A stretch of DNA of 32,000 nucleotides from an uncultured bacterium (lineage in GTDB: Bacteria > Margulisbacteria > WOR-1 > CAVSGV01), in the NCBI GenBank assembly GCA_963699255.1, contig OY969425.1, forward strand, positions 1,290,001 to 1,322,000, read 5' to 3'. Shown in pieces: positions 7,732 to 17,105 of the stretch. Every line of letters begins with the position of its first letter. The stretch's first letter is position 1. Under the pieces are notes generated by a model, which was given only the letters and a program-made list of their open reading frames with translations, was not told the DNA's origin and did not search any database. The position numbers and the translations under genes were made by a program.

Positions 7732-8985
7732 ATGGGAAAAACGATTGCCGAAAAAATACTTTCCAAGCATTCCCGGCAGGATGCGCGTGCGGGCGACATC
7801 GTGATCGCGGACATAGATTTCTGCATGGGCCAGGACGGGACCTCCGGGGTCGCGATCGACGTGTTTAACAAAATGAACATCGCGAAGGTCTTTGATCCGT
7901 CAAAGATAGCCATGATCATCGATCACTCATCCCCTTCTCCCAACGAAGGCGTGTCCGCAATTCACAAAAAAATAAGAGAGTTCGCAATCGCCCAGAAAAT
8001 ATCTCTATATGATATCGGCTGCGGAGTGTGCCATCAGCTGCTGCCCGAACAGGGCCACGTGACCGCCGGCGACCTGGTGATCGGCGCGGATTCCCACACG
8101 TGCACATACGGAGCTATAAACGCTTTTTCAACGGGCGTGGGCTCGACCGACTTTGCCGCCGTAATGGCTTCCGGAAAACTCTGGTTCAAGGTTCCCCAAT
8201 CGGTCAGATATGTTTTCAAAAATAAGCTGCCTAAAGGAAGTTTTTCAAAAGACCTTATACTTTACCTTATCGGAAGGACGGGCGCCGACGGGGCAACATA
8301 TCTTTCGGCAGAATTCACCGGCGATGCCGTTGATGCCCTGTCTGTGGATGAAAGGTTCACCATCTCGAACATGGCGATCGAATTCGGAGCAAAAGCCGGC
8401 ATAATGAGAGCCGATAAAAAGGTGATGGAATACGTGAAGAAACACTCCAAGAAGATCCCCGATCCCGTTGAGCCCGACAGGGACGCGAAATATCTGAATG
8501 TGATCGATATCGATGCTTCAAGGATCGGCCCACAAGTTGCCAAGCCGCATCAGGTCGATAATGTTTCGCCTGTTGAGGAGGTTGAAGGCCTTGCGATCCA
8601 GCAGGGATTCATAGGCACCTGCACGAATGGAAGGGTGAATGATTTTGAAGCCGCCGCAAAAATACTGAAAGGCAGGAAGATAAAGGGCGGGACAAGATTG
8701 ATCCTTGCTCCGGCTTCAAAAGAAATAATGCTCGAGCTCATCAAGAAAGGGCTTTATCAATCCCTGGTGGAGTCAAGCGGGACTTTTGTGACGCCGGGTT
8801 GCGGTCCGTGCGTCGGAACTCACAATGGCGTGCCGTCCGACGGGGAAAATGTGATATCAACGGCCAACAGGAACTTTAAAGGCAGGATGGGGAATACGAA
8901 AGCCTTCATTTATCTTGGTTCGCCCGCGACCGTAGCGGCTTCTGTATTGAACGGAAAGATAACGGACCCCAGGAAATATCTATAA
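7732..8985 (+). CDS. leuC: 3-isopropylmalate dehydratase / homoaconitase-type large subunit
   Basis: IDHSSPSPNEG, GVCHQLLPEQGHVTAGDLVIGADSHTCTYGAINAFSTGVGSTD, FIGTCTNGR, VTPGCGPCVGTHNGVPSDGENVISTANRNFKGRMGN. Confidence 0.85.
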   Translation: MGKTIAEKILSKHSRQDARAGDIVIADIDFCMGQDGTSGVAIDVFNKMNIAKVFDPSKIAMIIDHSSPSPNEGVSAIHKKIREFAIAQKISLYDIGCGVCHQLLPEQGHVTAGDLVIGADSHTCTYGAINAFSTGVGSTDFAAVMASGKLWFKVPQSVRYVFKNKLPKGSFSKDLILYLIGRTGADGATYLSAEFTGDAVDALSVDERFTISNMAIEFGAKAGIMRADKKVMEYVKKHSKKIPDPVEPDRDAKYLNVIDIDASRIGPQVAKPHQVDNVSPVEEVEGLAIQQGFIGTCTNGRVNDFEAAAKILKGRKIKGGTRLILAPASKEIMLELIKKGLYQSLVESSGTFVTPGCGPCVGTHNGVPSDGENVISTANRNFKGRMGNTKAFIYLGSPATVAASVLNGKITDPRKYL

Positions 8986-9024
8986 ATCACCCGTTTGCTT
9001 CGCTTACACCCTTTATTAATTGGG

Positions 9025-9179
9025 AAGTTTGGGATATAGGGATACGGGAATATGGTTTAGGGAATTAGGAAGTCAGGAAATTAGAGCCAGATTTTTTGTC
9101 TGAGGATATTTTCCTGTATTCCATTTATTTCCCATATCCCCAAACTTTATTCCAATATTCCTATTTCCCCATATTCCCC
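9025..9179. repeat. G-rich/C-rich inverted quasi-repeat between leuC and 9186-9728 gene
   Basis: AAGTTTGGGATATAGGGA (9025-9042) vs TCCCATATCCCCAAACTT (9130-9147); GGGAATATGG (9046-9055) vs CCATATTCCC (9169-9178). Confidence 0.65.
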
Positions 9180-9185
9180 GGTATA

Positions 9186-9728
9186 TTACTTCATCGCTTC
9201 AAGTGCAGTTACGAATTTATTAATGAACGCCTCTCTATTATTCGGGCCAGAGCTCTCTACTACGTCCTGTCCACCGGGCAACATTTCTCCATTACCACCC
9301 GGAAAATATTGCACGCACACACCGAAAGTAGCTCTCACATGTTCAGCTACCTTTTTTTCGATCTCTTTCACAACATCAGCATACCCTGCGTCAGATGGGT
9401 ATATTGGCTTATCGCTGCCGACAAGATCCCTCGAACTGATGGCGCCTGTTTTCAGGTTTATCGTCGCTATTTTACCAAGCTCCACAGTATCGCTTACACG
9501 TTTAAACAGAACCGCAGGCCGATGGGCATCTTCTTTATAATATAGCAAGAATGTATCGGTGGACACCAGATTTTTTTCCTGATCGGTATATGTAAAAGCA
9601 TTATTAAAGTATTTTTTGACTATTTTTGCGTCATATTTTTTAGGTTGCTCCACCTTTTTCATTTTTGCAAGGGCGACTGAAGCTGAATCCCTGACGCTTC
9701 CTATCGAATCCGTTCCATTTATGCTCAT
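9186..9728 (-). CDS. Hypothetical protein with IGSVRD N-terminal motif
   Basis: Start reset to MSINGTDSIGSVRDS..., preceded by AAGGAGG with 8-nt spacing. N-terminus and 5' region shared with the ankyrin gene. Confidence 0.7.
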   Translation of the reverse strand: MSINGTDSIGSVRDSASVALAKMKKVEQPKKYDAKIVKKYFNNAFTYTDQEKNLVSTDTFLLYYKEDAHRPAVLFKRVSDTVELGKIATINLKTGAISSRDLVGSDKPIYPSDAGYADVVKEIEKKVAEHVRATFGVCVQYFPGGNGEMLPGGQDVVESSGPNNREAFINKFVTALEAMK

Positions 9729-9826
9729 TTTAACTTCCTCCTTATGACACACGCTTTTCCATACCGTATATCGAGGTTTCTCTAGAGGGATTTCTATTTT
9801 GAAAGAAACTCGATGTGGTAGAGTTT

Positions 9827-10588
9827 TTACTTCATAGCCTTTCTTAATATATCCGCTGCAGCAACACACATGTCCCCCCCACTGGATGAGGTCTCTGAGT
9901 GTGATATGCCTGACAGCGCAACATGTAAAGCATCATCTCCATAATCGTTTATCATTTTTACATCTGCCCCCGCCTTAAGTAAGATTTTTATTGCTTCGGC
10001 CTGTCCCTTCCATGCGGCTTCCATTAAAGCAGTCCACCCATCATATTTTTCCGCGTTTACATTTGCTCCCTTAGCAATTAAAGTTTGCATAATATCAACA
10101 TTTCCACCCGAGGCGGCTGCCATTAAAGCGGTCCATCCATTATTGTCTGTTGCGTTCACATCTGCTTTTGCATCAACTAAGATCTTCGCGAGATCGCCAT
10201 AACCTCTTTTCGCAGCCCCCATTAATGCGGTTTCGCCGTCGTCATTATCTTTCGCGTTTACATCTGCTCCCGCAGCGATCAATGCTTTTATGACATTGAC
10301 ATGACCATTCCCCGCAGAATACACCTGGAAAGTAAATGCTCCTGTCGCATACATCAAAACAGTACATCCCAATTTATTGCGGGCGTTTACATTAGCCCCC
10401 GCGGCTATTAATGCTTTTACTTTTTTAAAATCGCCATTACTTGCGGCTTCCATTAACGGGGTAATGCCATAGCTTTTATTAAACAAAACCTCGTTTTTAT
10501 CAGCCTTTTCCGTTTCCTTTATTTTTGCAGGAACAACTAAAACTGAATCTCTTAAAACTGTATCTCTTACACTTCCTATTGCTGTCAT
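9827..10588 (-). CDS. Ankyrin-repeat protein with IGSVRD N-terminal motif
   Basis: Multiple ankyrin repeats (GITPLMEAASNGDFKKVKALIAAGANVNARN, GWTALMAAASGGNVDIMQTLIAKGANVNAEK). Start MTAIGSVRDTVLRDS, AAGGAGG 8 nt upstream. Confidence 0.88.
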   Translation of the reverse strand: MTAIGSVRDTVLRDSVLVVPAKIKETEKADKNEVLFNKSYGITPLMEAASNGDFKKVKALIAAGANVNARNKLGCTVLMYATGAFTFQVYSAGNGHVNVIKALIAAGADVNAKDNDDGETALMGAAKRGYGDLAKILVDAKADVNATDNNGWTALMAAASGGNVDIMQTLIAKGANVNAEKYDGWTALMEAAWKGQAEAIKILLKAGADVKMINDYGDDALHVALSGISHSETSSSGGDMCVAAADILRKAMK

Positions 10589-10736
10589 TTTCATTTCCTC
10601 CTTATATTACACGCGTTTACGTATCTTATATCGTAGTTTACTTTGTGGAATTTCAATTTTTTTAGAAGTTTTTACTGAAGATTCTTGGGAGGGAATATCT
10701 GGTATCTAGTCTCCGATCTCTGGTCTCTAATCTCTA

Positions 10737-12293
10737 CTAATAATAATCTTGCAGCGCTTTGACGCCGAAACCCTTTTTCTTCGCGGCTTCAATGCCGTTG
10801 ACCGCCGCCTGGGCACCGGAGATGGTCGTGATGAGCGGGATCGAGTGTGCATAAGCCCCTGCGCGGATCGATATCTCGTTCTGTTTCGCCCTCTTTCCTG
10901 AAGGCGTGTTGATTATCAGTTTTATGCCGCCGTTCTTGATAAGATCGGCAATGTCCGGGCTGCCTTCGCCTATCTTAAAGACCCTTTTTACTTCAAGCCC
11001 GCTGTTTTTCAGCATGTCGCATGTCCCGTGGGTAGCGATAAGCGAAAACCCGAGGTCAGAAAGTTTCTTTGCGATGAAAACCACCGATCTTTTATCCTTG
11101 TTCTTAACGGATATGAAAACTTTCCCTTTCAGCGGGAGATTTTGCCCCGCGGCGATCTGGCTCTTCATGAAGGCCGACCCGAAGTTATCGTCTATCCCCA
11201 TGACCTCGCCGGTCGATTTCATTTCGGGGCCGAGGACAGGATCAACTCCGGGGAACCGCACGAACGGAAAAACGGCTTCTTTCACCGACACGTGCTTCGG
11301 GACCACCTCGCCTTTTATTCCAAGCTGGTCAAGCGTTCTGCCGAGCATGACCTTCGTGGCGAGATTTGCCCAGGCGACGCCGGTAGCCTTTGAAACGAAC
11401 GGCACCGTTCTTGAGGCCCTTGGGTTCACTTCCAGCACATACACGATATCGTTCTTAACGGCGAACTGGATGTTCATCAGGCCGATGACGTTAAGTTCTT
11501 TCGAAAGCGCGTGAGTATTATCCCTTATCCTGTTAACCAGCTCTTCCGAGAGCGAGAACGGCGGGAGCGCGCAGGCAGAATCCCCGGAGTGGATCCCCGC
11601 TTCCTCAATGTGCTCCATTATCCCGCAGACTACGGTCCTTTTACCGTCGGATATCGCGTCGACGTCCACTTCGATCGCGTCCTCGAGGAATTTGTCGATC
11701 AGGACCGGCCTCTCCGGCGATGCCCAGACGGCCGCTGCCATGTACTCGTCCATATCGCTGTCATCATAAACCACCTTCATCGCGCGTCCGCCCAGAACGT
11801 ATGACGGCCGCACAAGGACGGGATACCCGATCTCCTTCGCGGCTTTGTGCGCCTCATCGATAGTGACCGCAGTGCCGGAATCAGGCTGGACCAGATCGAG
11901 CTTTTCTATCAGTTCCTTGAAAAGCTTCCTGTCTTCCGCCCTGTCGATCGACTCCGGGGACGTGCCAAGTATATGCACTCCGGCTTTCATAAGCGGGATA
12001 GCGAGGTTCAAGGGCGTCTGCCCTCCGAACTGGACTATCACGCCTATGGGCTTTTCCTTATCGATGATTGCAAGGACGTCTTCGCGGGTCAGAGGCTCAA
12101 AGTACAGCCTGTCGGAAGTGTCGTAGTCGGTGGAGACCGTTTCCGGGTTCGAATTGACCATTATGGAAACATATCCTTCTTCCTGGATGGCGTAGGACGC
12201 GTGTACGCAGCAGTAATCGAATTCAATGCCCTGGCCGATCCTGTTAGGACCGCCGCCTAGGACAACGACTTTTTTCTTTGCTTTCTTTGCCAT
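10737..12293 (-). CDS. carB: Carbamoyl-phosphate synthase large subunit, C-terminal half only (split CarB)
   Basis: Begins at the canonical mid-protein boundary [36 protein letters not shown] and runs through [19 protein letters not shown] and a C-terminal MGS-like domain. About 518 aa from an internal ATG with non-coding sequence upstream. Confidence 0.92.
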   Translation of the reverse strand: MAKKAKKKVVVLGGGPNRIGQGIEFDYCCVHASYAIQEEGYVSIMVNSNPETVSTDYDTSDRLYFEPLTREDVLAIIDKEKPIGVIVQFGGQTPLNLAIPLMKAGVHILGTSPESIDRAEDRKLFKELIEKLDLVQPDSGTAVTIDEAHKAAKEIGYPVLVRPSYVLGGRAMKVVYDDSDMDEYMAAAVWASPERPVLIDKFLEDAIEVDVDAISDGKRTVVCGIMEHIEEAGIHSGDSACALPPFSLSEELVNRIRDNTHALSKELNVIGLMNIQFAVKNDIVYVLEVNPRASRTVPFVSKATGVAWANLATKVMLGRTLDQLGIKGEVVPKHVSVKEAVFPFVRFPGVDPVLGPEMKSTGEVMGIDDNFGSAFMKSQIAAGQNLPLKGKVFISVKNKDKRSVVFIAKKLSDLGFSLIATHGTCDMLKNSGLEVKRVFKIGEGSPDIADLIKNGGIKLIINTPSGKRAKQNEISIRAGAYAHSIPLITTISGAQAAVNGIEAAKKKGFGVKALQDYY

Positions 12294-12363
12294 TTGATAG
12301 ACCTTTGCGATTTTACCTGAAAATCGGGGTAAAGGCAATTATGATAAGTTGACGGATTTGCGG

Positions 12364-13725
12364 TTAATTTTTAGCTGTATATATGGGCGCATTCGCGTAA
12401 GCAGTTTTGCCGTAAGGGATCTGGGTGATTATCCTCCCCTTGTTGTCGCAAATAATGGACGGGCCTGTGTTCCCGACATGAATGCCGTACATATCGTTCT
12501 CGATTGCCCGAAATACCATCGACGCGGTGTGTATATACGGTACCATTGAATTCCCGAATGATGCATCAGTAGAAATACAGACCAGGATTTTTGCTCCGGA
12601 TTTAGCAAGTCCACGGGCTACCTGAGGGCAAATTGATTCAAGACATATCATAGTCCCAATATTATGCAAAGCTGTTGAGCTTGGTAAAGTCACATGCCCA
12701 TTGCCTCTAGAGAGCCATTGCGTTTCAAAGAATGGGAATATCATATTTTTTCTGTAGGGCTCTGTTGTGTCCCCGTCAGTTTTAAGGATGAAAGCTATAT
12801 TGAATTTCTTTCTGTTGCTGGAATAGTCTATATATGTTGTTCCAATGAGCAGTTCAGCCCCTTTTGAAGTTATGCCCTTATGCAGACCTTCAAGGTATTC
12901 ATCATTTTGAAGAATGTAATCCCCCGCGAACTCAGGCCAGATAATAAGTTTTGGTTGTTTTTTTAAAGAATCTATCGAAATATCGGCCAGTTTGTTCTTC
13001 AAAAAGCTTTTATAAAATTTGTTTCTTTCTGCTAATGCGTAATCCCTTGAAGAAGTATTCGTCTGAATAATGACCACATCTACCGGCTTACCATTGTTTT
13101 GGGCAGAATGAAGCGACAAATATCCGTAACCAAGGTTCACAGAATGAACGATTAGCAATATCGAAAGCGATATTATCAGCGTTCTTTTATCCTTCCTCAC
13201 AAAGACGTTAGCAAGAAGTGCATTTGTAAATATGATAAGGAATGCAATGAAACATGAGCCAAATATTCTTACCGACTGTATTATTATTGGGAATTGAACA
13301 AGCGATGTTTCAATAGGAAATGGAAACGCAAAATGTATATTTGCCAATAAATAATAAAGTAAAACCCATAATGCCCCAAAGAAAAAGGGGCTTAAGCTCC
13401 AGCCGTATCTATCTGAAAGAGAGGCGGCAACTGAAAATATAATTGCACCAAAAGTACCAATAACTAGAAATACTGTAACCAGCCAGAAAGTATCTGGGTA
13501 TAATATACATATTAACTTGGCGGCATCTAAAGGAACAAGCAAGATTATTGCAAAAAGTTCCCAGAATAATAGGTTTATAAAGAAACGCTGCCAACCGAAA
13601 TATCTTTGGTTTAGCATTAAAAGTGGTACAAAACCAATGAATATACCGAGCGGAAAACTTGCGATTGGATTAGGCATTGATGCAAGGGAAAGAATTAAAC
13701 TTAGAAAAAATAGAAAGAGTTGCAT
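12364..13725 (-). CDS. Apolipoprotein N-acyltransferase-like membrane CN-hydrolase
   Basis: N-terminal TM region then nitrilase-type E-K-C residues: IIWPEF, PYRKNMIFPFFE, GTMICLESICPQVARGLAKSGAKILVCISTDASFGNS, RAIENDMYGIHVGNTGPS. Confidence 0.75.
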   Translation of the reverse strand: MQLFLFFLSLILSLASMPNPIASFPLGIFIGFVPLLMLNQRYFGWQRFFINLLFWELFAIILLVPLDAAKLICILYPDTFWLVTVFLVIGTFGAIIFSVAASLSDRYGWSLSPFFFGALWVLLYYLLANIHFAFPFPIETSLVQFPIIIQSVRIFGSCFIAFLIIFTNALLANVFVRKDKRTLIISLSILLIVHSVNLGYGYLSLHSAQNNGKPVDVVIIQTNTSSRDYALAERNKFYKSFLKNKLADISIDSLKKQPKLIIWPEFAGDYILQNDEYLEGLHKGITSKGAELLIGTTYIDYSSNRKKFNIAFILKTDGDTTEPYRKNMIFPFFETQWLSRGNGHVTLPSSTALHNIGTMICLESICPQVARGLAKSGAKILVCISTDASFGNSMVPYIHTASMVFRAIENDMYGIHVGNTGPSIICDNKGRIITQIPYGKTAYANAPIYTAKN

Positions 13726-13726
13726 A

Positions 13727-14863
13727 TTAGTACTTCGGATTGACTGAGATTCCTTGATAATTCCCATAGAATCTCTTTATGATTTTATCAGTCTTTGTAT
13801 CAAGTACTAATAATTCAGGGGCAGATGATGTTGTCTCGTGCATAAAGGATGGCCCTTTGGTCATATATAATTTACCAGGTGCTACAACTGAGAACATTAA
13901 CTGTGATTTCACCTCAAATGAACCAATAACCTTATCTGTTAATGTACTAATAACCTCAACGTTATTTTGCTCTTCAAAATCATCTCTTCTGTGAAGGACA
14001 TATATCTTATTAACTGATTTATCATATGTAACCCAGAATGGGTGAGGGCTTATTGGTATCTTTTTAATAAGCTGCCCATTTTTAAGCGAGAATACCAGTA
14101 TCTCTCTGTTTGATTTATGCCTGCCATTATTATACTCTGGGAATTTATTTGTAGCAGCAGCTATATATATCTTATTGCCAACACTGCATACCCCAAAAAG
14201 GTTTGTATAATCTTTAGGAACTTCAATTATCTTAACAACTTTTTGGGTGGTTACATCAACAACAATAATACCCCCAAAATCTGTTAAGTCATCAAGAGAC
14301 GTATGAGGGGTATTTGAATTGATAAAATCACATGTAACAAAATACGCATATTTATCCCCATCAAATGTCATAGTAAGAACTTCAACGGAACGGTATAACG
14401 GGTCATCTTTTCTAAAATATATCTTCTTAACAATTTTTTTGTTCTTTCTACCGATAATGACCACACCTCCGAACCCCCGTGTTTCATCAAAACTCTCAAC
14501 CTGAACAATTAAATAATCTTTTGTTAACGATATGTAATGAGGCCCAAATGCTGAGCCAAGGTCCTTGTATCCACTAATCTTATTTTTTTTGGGGTCGTAA
14601 TAGTATATTTTCCTGCCATAATCACTAATATAATAATAGTCGGTTATAAAGCACCCGCCGTTCTCATCAACCACCATATCATTAAACGCGTTATGATGAG
14701 GAAGCTCTATTTTTCTTGCTATTTCATTTTTAGTGGTGTCGAATTGAATAAGATATTCTGGTTCATTAGGGTTGAATCTAAGGGCATAAGCATATTCGTC
14801 GGCAAAGGTAGGGTATGAGAACATTAGTAATATTGGTAATAAAAAAAATAATTTTTTCCTCAT
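13727..14863 (-). CDS. Secreted beta-propeller-like (YVTN/SMP-30-like) protein
   Basis: Signal peptide MRKKLFFLLPILLMFSYPTFA, then repeated blades (GGVVIIGRKNKKIVKKIYF, GGIIVVDVTTQKVVKIIEVP, REILVFSLKNGQLIKKIPISPHPFWVTYDKSVNKIYVLHRRD). Confidence 0.65.
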   Translation of the reverse strand: MRKKLFFLLPILLMFSYPTFADEYAYALRFNPNEPEYLIQFDTTKNEIARKIELPHHNAFNDMVVDENGGCFITDYYYISDYGRKIYYYDPKKNKISGYKDLGSAFGPHYISLTKDYLIVQVESFDETRGFGGVVIIGRKNKKIVKKIYFRKDDPLYRSVEVLTMTFDGDKYAYFVTCDFINSNTPHTSLDDLTDFGGIIVVDVTTQKVVKIIEVPKDYTNLFGVCSVGNKIYIAAATNKFPEYNNGRHKSNREILVFSLKNGQLIKKIPISPHPFWVTYDKSVNKIYVLHRRDDFEEQNNVEVISTLTDKVIGSFEVKSQLMFSVVAPGKLYMTKGPSFMHETTSSAPELLVLDTKTDKIIKRFYGNYQGISVNPKY

Positions 14864-14892
14864 AACACCTACCTTTACCTTTTTCTCAACAT

Positions 14893-15828
14893 CTATAGAT
14901 TGGACGACCAATCGAAATCGTATGCTAGTGCTGGTGAGAAGTACACATTATCTGGCGAAACACCTATCCAGCTGAACAAATAGTTGCCAGGTGCTGTATC
15001 GCGCAGTTTTGAAGCTGAGCCCACGGATGTTCTTCTGGTGTTCAAATCTAGATATGGCCTGAAAGTGTTCCACACCAGTTTAGAACAATACATGGAGCTT
15101 AGGTCGTTCTTGTCGCACCATTTAATGACAAAGCTGACTAAGGTTTGACCGGTTTGCACCTTTGGCAGATATGGCAGATTCTGATATCCTGCTACTCCCT
15201 GTTGAATCGCTGCATATTTCTGGCTTGAAGAAAGCCCGTTTATGCGTTTACAGGTATAATAACCAAAACCCGACCACTGGTCTGGAACTTTATGCTCCAG
15301 TACCCCGTTATCCAGTGTTGAATCAAAAATTTGATTTTGATTTGGGTCTGTTACAATAACAACATGTGTCCAGCTTGTAAAGAATTGAGCGAAGGTGTTC
15401 ATTTTGTCATCGCCACGGGTAAAGATTAGGTCTCCTGCGGAAAGGTCACCTCTATACCTATTCCAATCAAAAGGATTATTCTGGCCACTTTGCCAGTTAT
15501 AGCATATATGTGTACTGTCAATTTTGAAATTGGATGGATGGGCCTTTATCTGGGCGGAGATCCAGTTATTCTTTGACGCACATAAGGAATAGTCTAAAAG
15601 ATAAGGTAAGTCAACATATGCATTGCTTGGTGGGCTTGCGTTCTCAAAATGAAAACGTTCATTATCCCTTATATAGCCTCTTAAGTCTTCGAAGGAATAA
15701 TATGTCGGCCCCGAACTGCCTCCACCACCACTATCACCGTAAGGGCCTGTCGAAGTTGCGAATGAAATGGCCGGGGATAAAAGAAGTGCCACAAGCATAC
15801 AAACGAAAACAATATTCAATCTTTTCAT
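14893..15828 (-). CDS. Secreted permuted NlpC/P60 (YiiX/YebB-like) papain-fold hydrolase candidate
   Basis: Signal peptide; DLSAGDLIFTRGDD, SWTHVVIVTDP (His) followed by MYCSKLVWNTF (Cys), i.e. permuted His-then-Cys order. AGGAGGTG upstream of ATG 15828. Confidence 0.65.
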   Translation of the reverse strand: MKRLNIVFVCMLVALLLSPAISFATSTGPYGDSGGGGSSGPTYYSFEDLRGYIRDNERFHFENASPPSNAYVDLPYLLDYSLCASKNNWISAQIKAHPSNFKIDSTHICYNWQSGQNNPFDWNRYRGDLSAGDLIFTRGDDKMNTFAQFFTSWTHVVIVTDPNQNQIFDSTLDNGVLEHKVPDQWSGFGYYTCKRINGLSSSQKYAAIQQGVAGYQNLPYLPKVQTGQTLVSFVIKWCDKNDLSSMYCSKLVWNTFRPYLDLNTRRTSVGSASKLRDTAPGNYLFSWIGVSPDNVYFSPALAYDFDWSSNL

Positions 15829-15843
15829 CACTTTATCCACCTC

Positions 15844-16482
15844 CTACTGCGTAATACTCCCGACAAAATCGTTCATCTTATCAACCGGAATACTTACTGA
15901 TTCAGCGCTTGCCGTCCCGTCATCTCCGGAAACAAGCGTATAACCAACGACCGAGGCTTCGAGCGGCGTCATGCCAGGGTTATTGTCGGGATTGATGTTC
16001 GGCATAGAACTCTCAACGGCCGTCTGAACTTTTGAAACAATATCATCATCAACCTTTACCCCTCCTGAGGCCCCTAGAGCGTTGATATTGTCGGTTATTG
16101 TTCCTACATCGACTAAAGAGGCAGCATCACTGTTATCATCCGAACAAACACTACTGCCCACTTTCCTCGCTAGTGCTTCTTTTTTAGCTATCTTCTGTAA
16201 TACAGCCGGGCTTAAAAGAGCACCAAGCGATTGGACCGTTGTGCCGGAAGCGGACTTATCCAGCCTTGATCCCACATATCCTACGAATGAATTAACCGCG
16301 TTTCCCGCGCTGGCCTCGTCGCTTATCGCGCCAAGCTGCTTATTGAATTCCCTAACCTGCGGATTATTCGCTTTCGATATAAATGTCTTTTCAGTCACAT
16401 CTCCCCTCGTTCCTGTCATCTGGCCGCAGCCGCTGACCAAAAAGACCAGAGCCATACAGATCAACAAAATAACATATCTCAT
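15844..16482 (-). CDS. Hypothetical lipoprotein
   Basis: MRYVILLICMALVFLVSGCGQ lipobox; no recognised domain. Confidence 0.65.
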   Translation of the reverse strand: MRYVILLICMALVFLVSGCGQMTGTRGDVTEKTFISKANNPQVREFNKQLGAISDEASAGNAVNSFVGYVGSRLDKSASGTTVQSLGALLSPAVLQKIAKKEALARKVGSSVCSDDNSDAASLVDVGTITDNINALGASGGVKVDDDIVSKVQTAVESSMPNINPDNNPGMTPLEASVVGYTLVSGDDGTASAESVSIPVDKMNDFVGSITQ

Positions 16483-16618
16483 TTTTCACACCTCCTTTTC
16501 GGATATAGACATAGCAATTTTCATGCCATTAGGATTTGCTCGCTAAATTGGGAATGGGGCATGAAATTGTCGTAGTTTTCTTCGATAGTTGCTGTTTGTT
16601 TCGACACTCATAAAGCGC

Positions 16619-16646
16619 TTGACAATGGTGTCACTTCTTTTATACT
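16619..16646 (+). promoter_or_regulatory. Sigma70-like promoter for nikR, near-leaderless, with candidate operator half-sites
   Basis: TTGACA (16619-16624), 16-bp spacer, TATACT (16641-16646), 10 nt to ATG 16657. GGTGTCAC (16627-16634) and GTGTTACC (16649-16656) lie 14 bp apart. Confidence 0.65.
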
Positions 16647-16656
16647 TCGTGTTACC

Positions 16657-17076
16657 ATGTCAAAGTTAGAGCGGTTCGGCGTATCGATGGAGCAGGAACT
16701 CCTTAGTAAATTCGACTGTCTCATCGATGACAAGGGTTATGCCAACAGGTCCGAAGCCATAAGGGACCTCATAAGGAACCTGATCGTCGAGGAGAACGCG
16801 AAACTGGGATCAAAAGAGGTCATTGGCACCATAACCATCGTCTATAGCCATGACATCCACGACCTGAATGACTCGCTTAACCATATCCAGCATCATTTCC
16901 ACGACCAGATAATCTCCACTGTCCATGTCCATCTGGACGAGCACAACTGCATGGAAGTGCTTATTGTCAAAGGGAAAGCAAATAACATCAAGCAGATCGC
17001 CGACAAGCTGATAAGCATAAAAGGCGTGAAACACGGAAAGCTGACGATAACAACAACGGGAAAGGAGCTAAGATAG
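16657..17076 (+). CDS. nikR: Nickel-responsive transcriptional regulator
   Basis: RHH N-terminus ([16 protein letters not shown]...[14 protein letters not shown]) and ACT-like Ni-binding region [17 protein letters not shown]. Confidence 0.93.
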   Translation: MSKLERFGVSMEQELLSKFDCLIDDKGYANRSEAIRDLIRNLIVEENAKLGSKEVIGTITIVYSHDIHDLNDSLNHIQHHFHDQIISTVHVHLDEHNCMEVLIVKGKANNIKQIADKLISIKGVKHGKLTITTTGKELR

Positions 17077-17105
17077 AGATGAGAGATGTGAGATGCGAGA
17101 TGCGA
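17073..17105 (+). repeat. Purine-rich quasi-repeat (GAGATG-YGA type)
   Basis: agagatgagagatgtgagatgcgagatgcgagg; shares TGTGAGATGCGAGA with 23334-23347. Confidence 0.7.

Noticed and set aside
9096-9545. 149-aa plus-strand ORF
   Set aside because: Antisense to the better supported 9186-9728 gene and read through low-complexity sequence; no domain, no SD.
10906-11514. 202-aa plus-strand ORF opposite carB
   Set aside because: Antisense shadow of CarB coding sequence.
12294-12338. Upstream extension of the CarB ORF ([15 protein letters not shown])
   Set aside because: The M at 12338 is a TTG codon; extension does not match CarB and the ATG at 12293 sits at the domain boundary.
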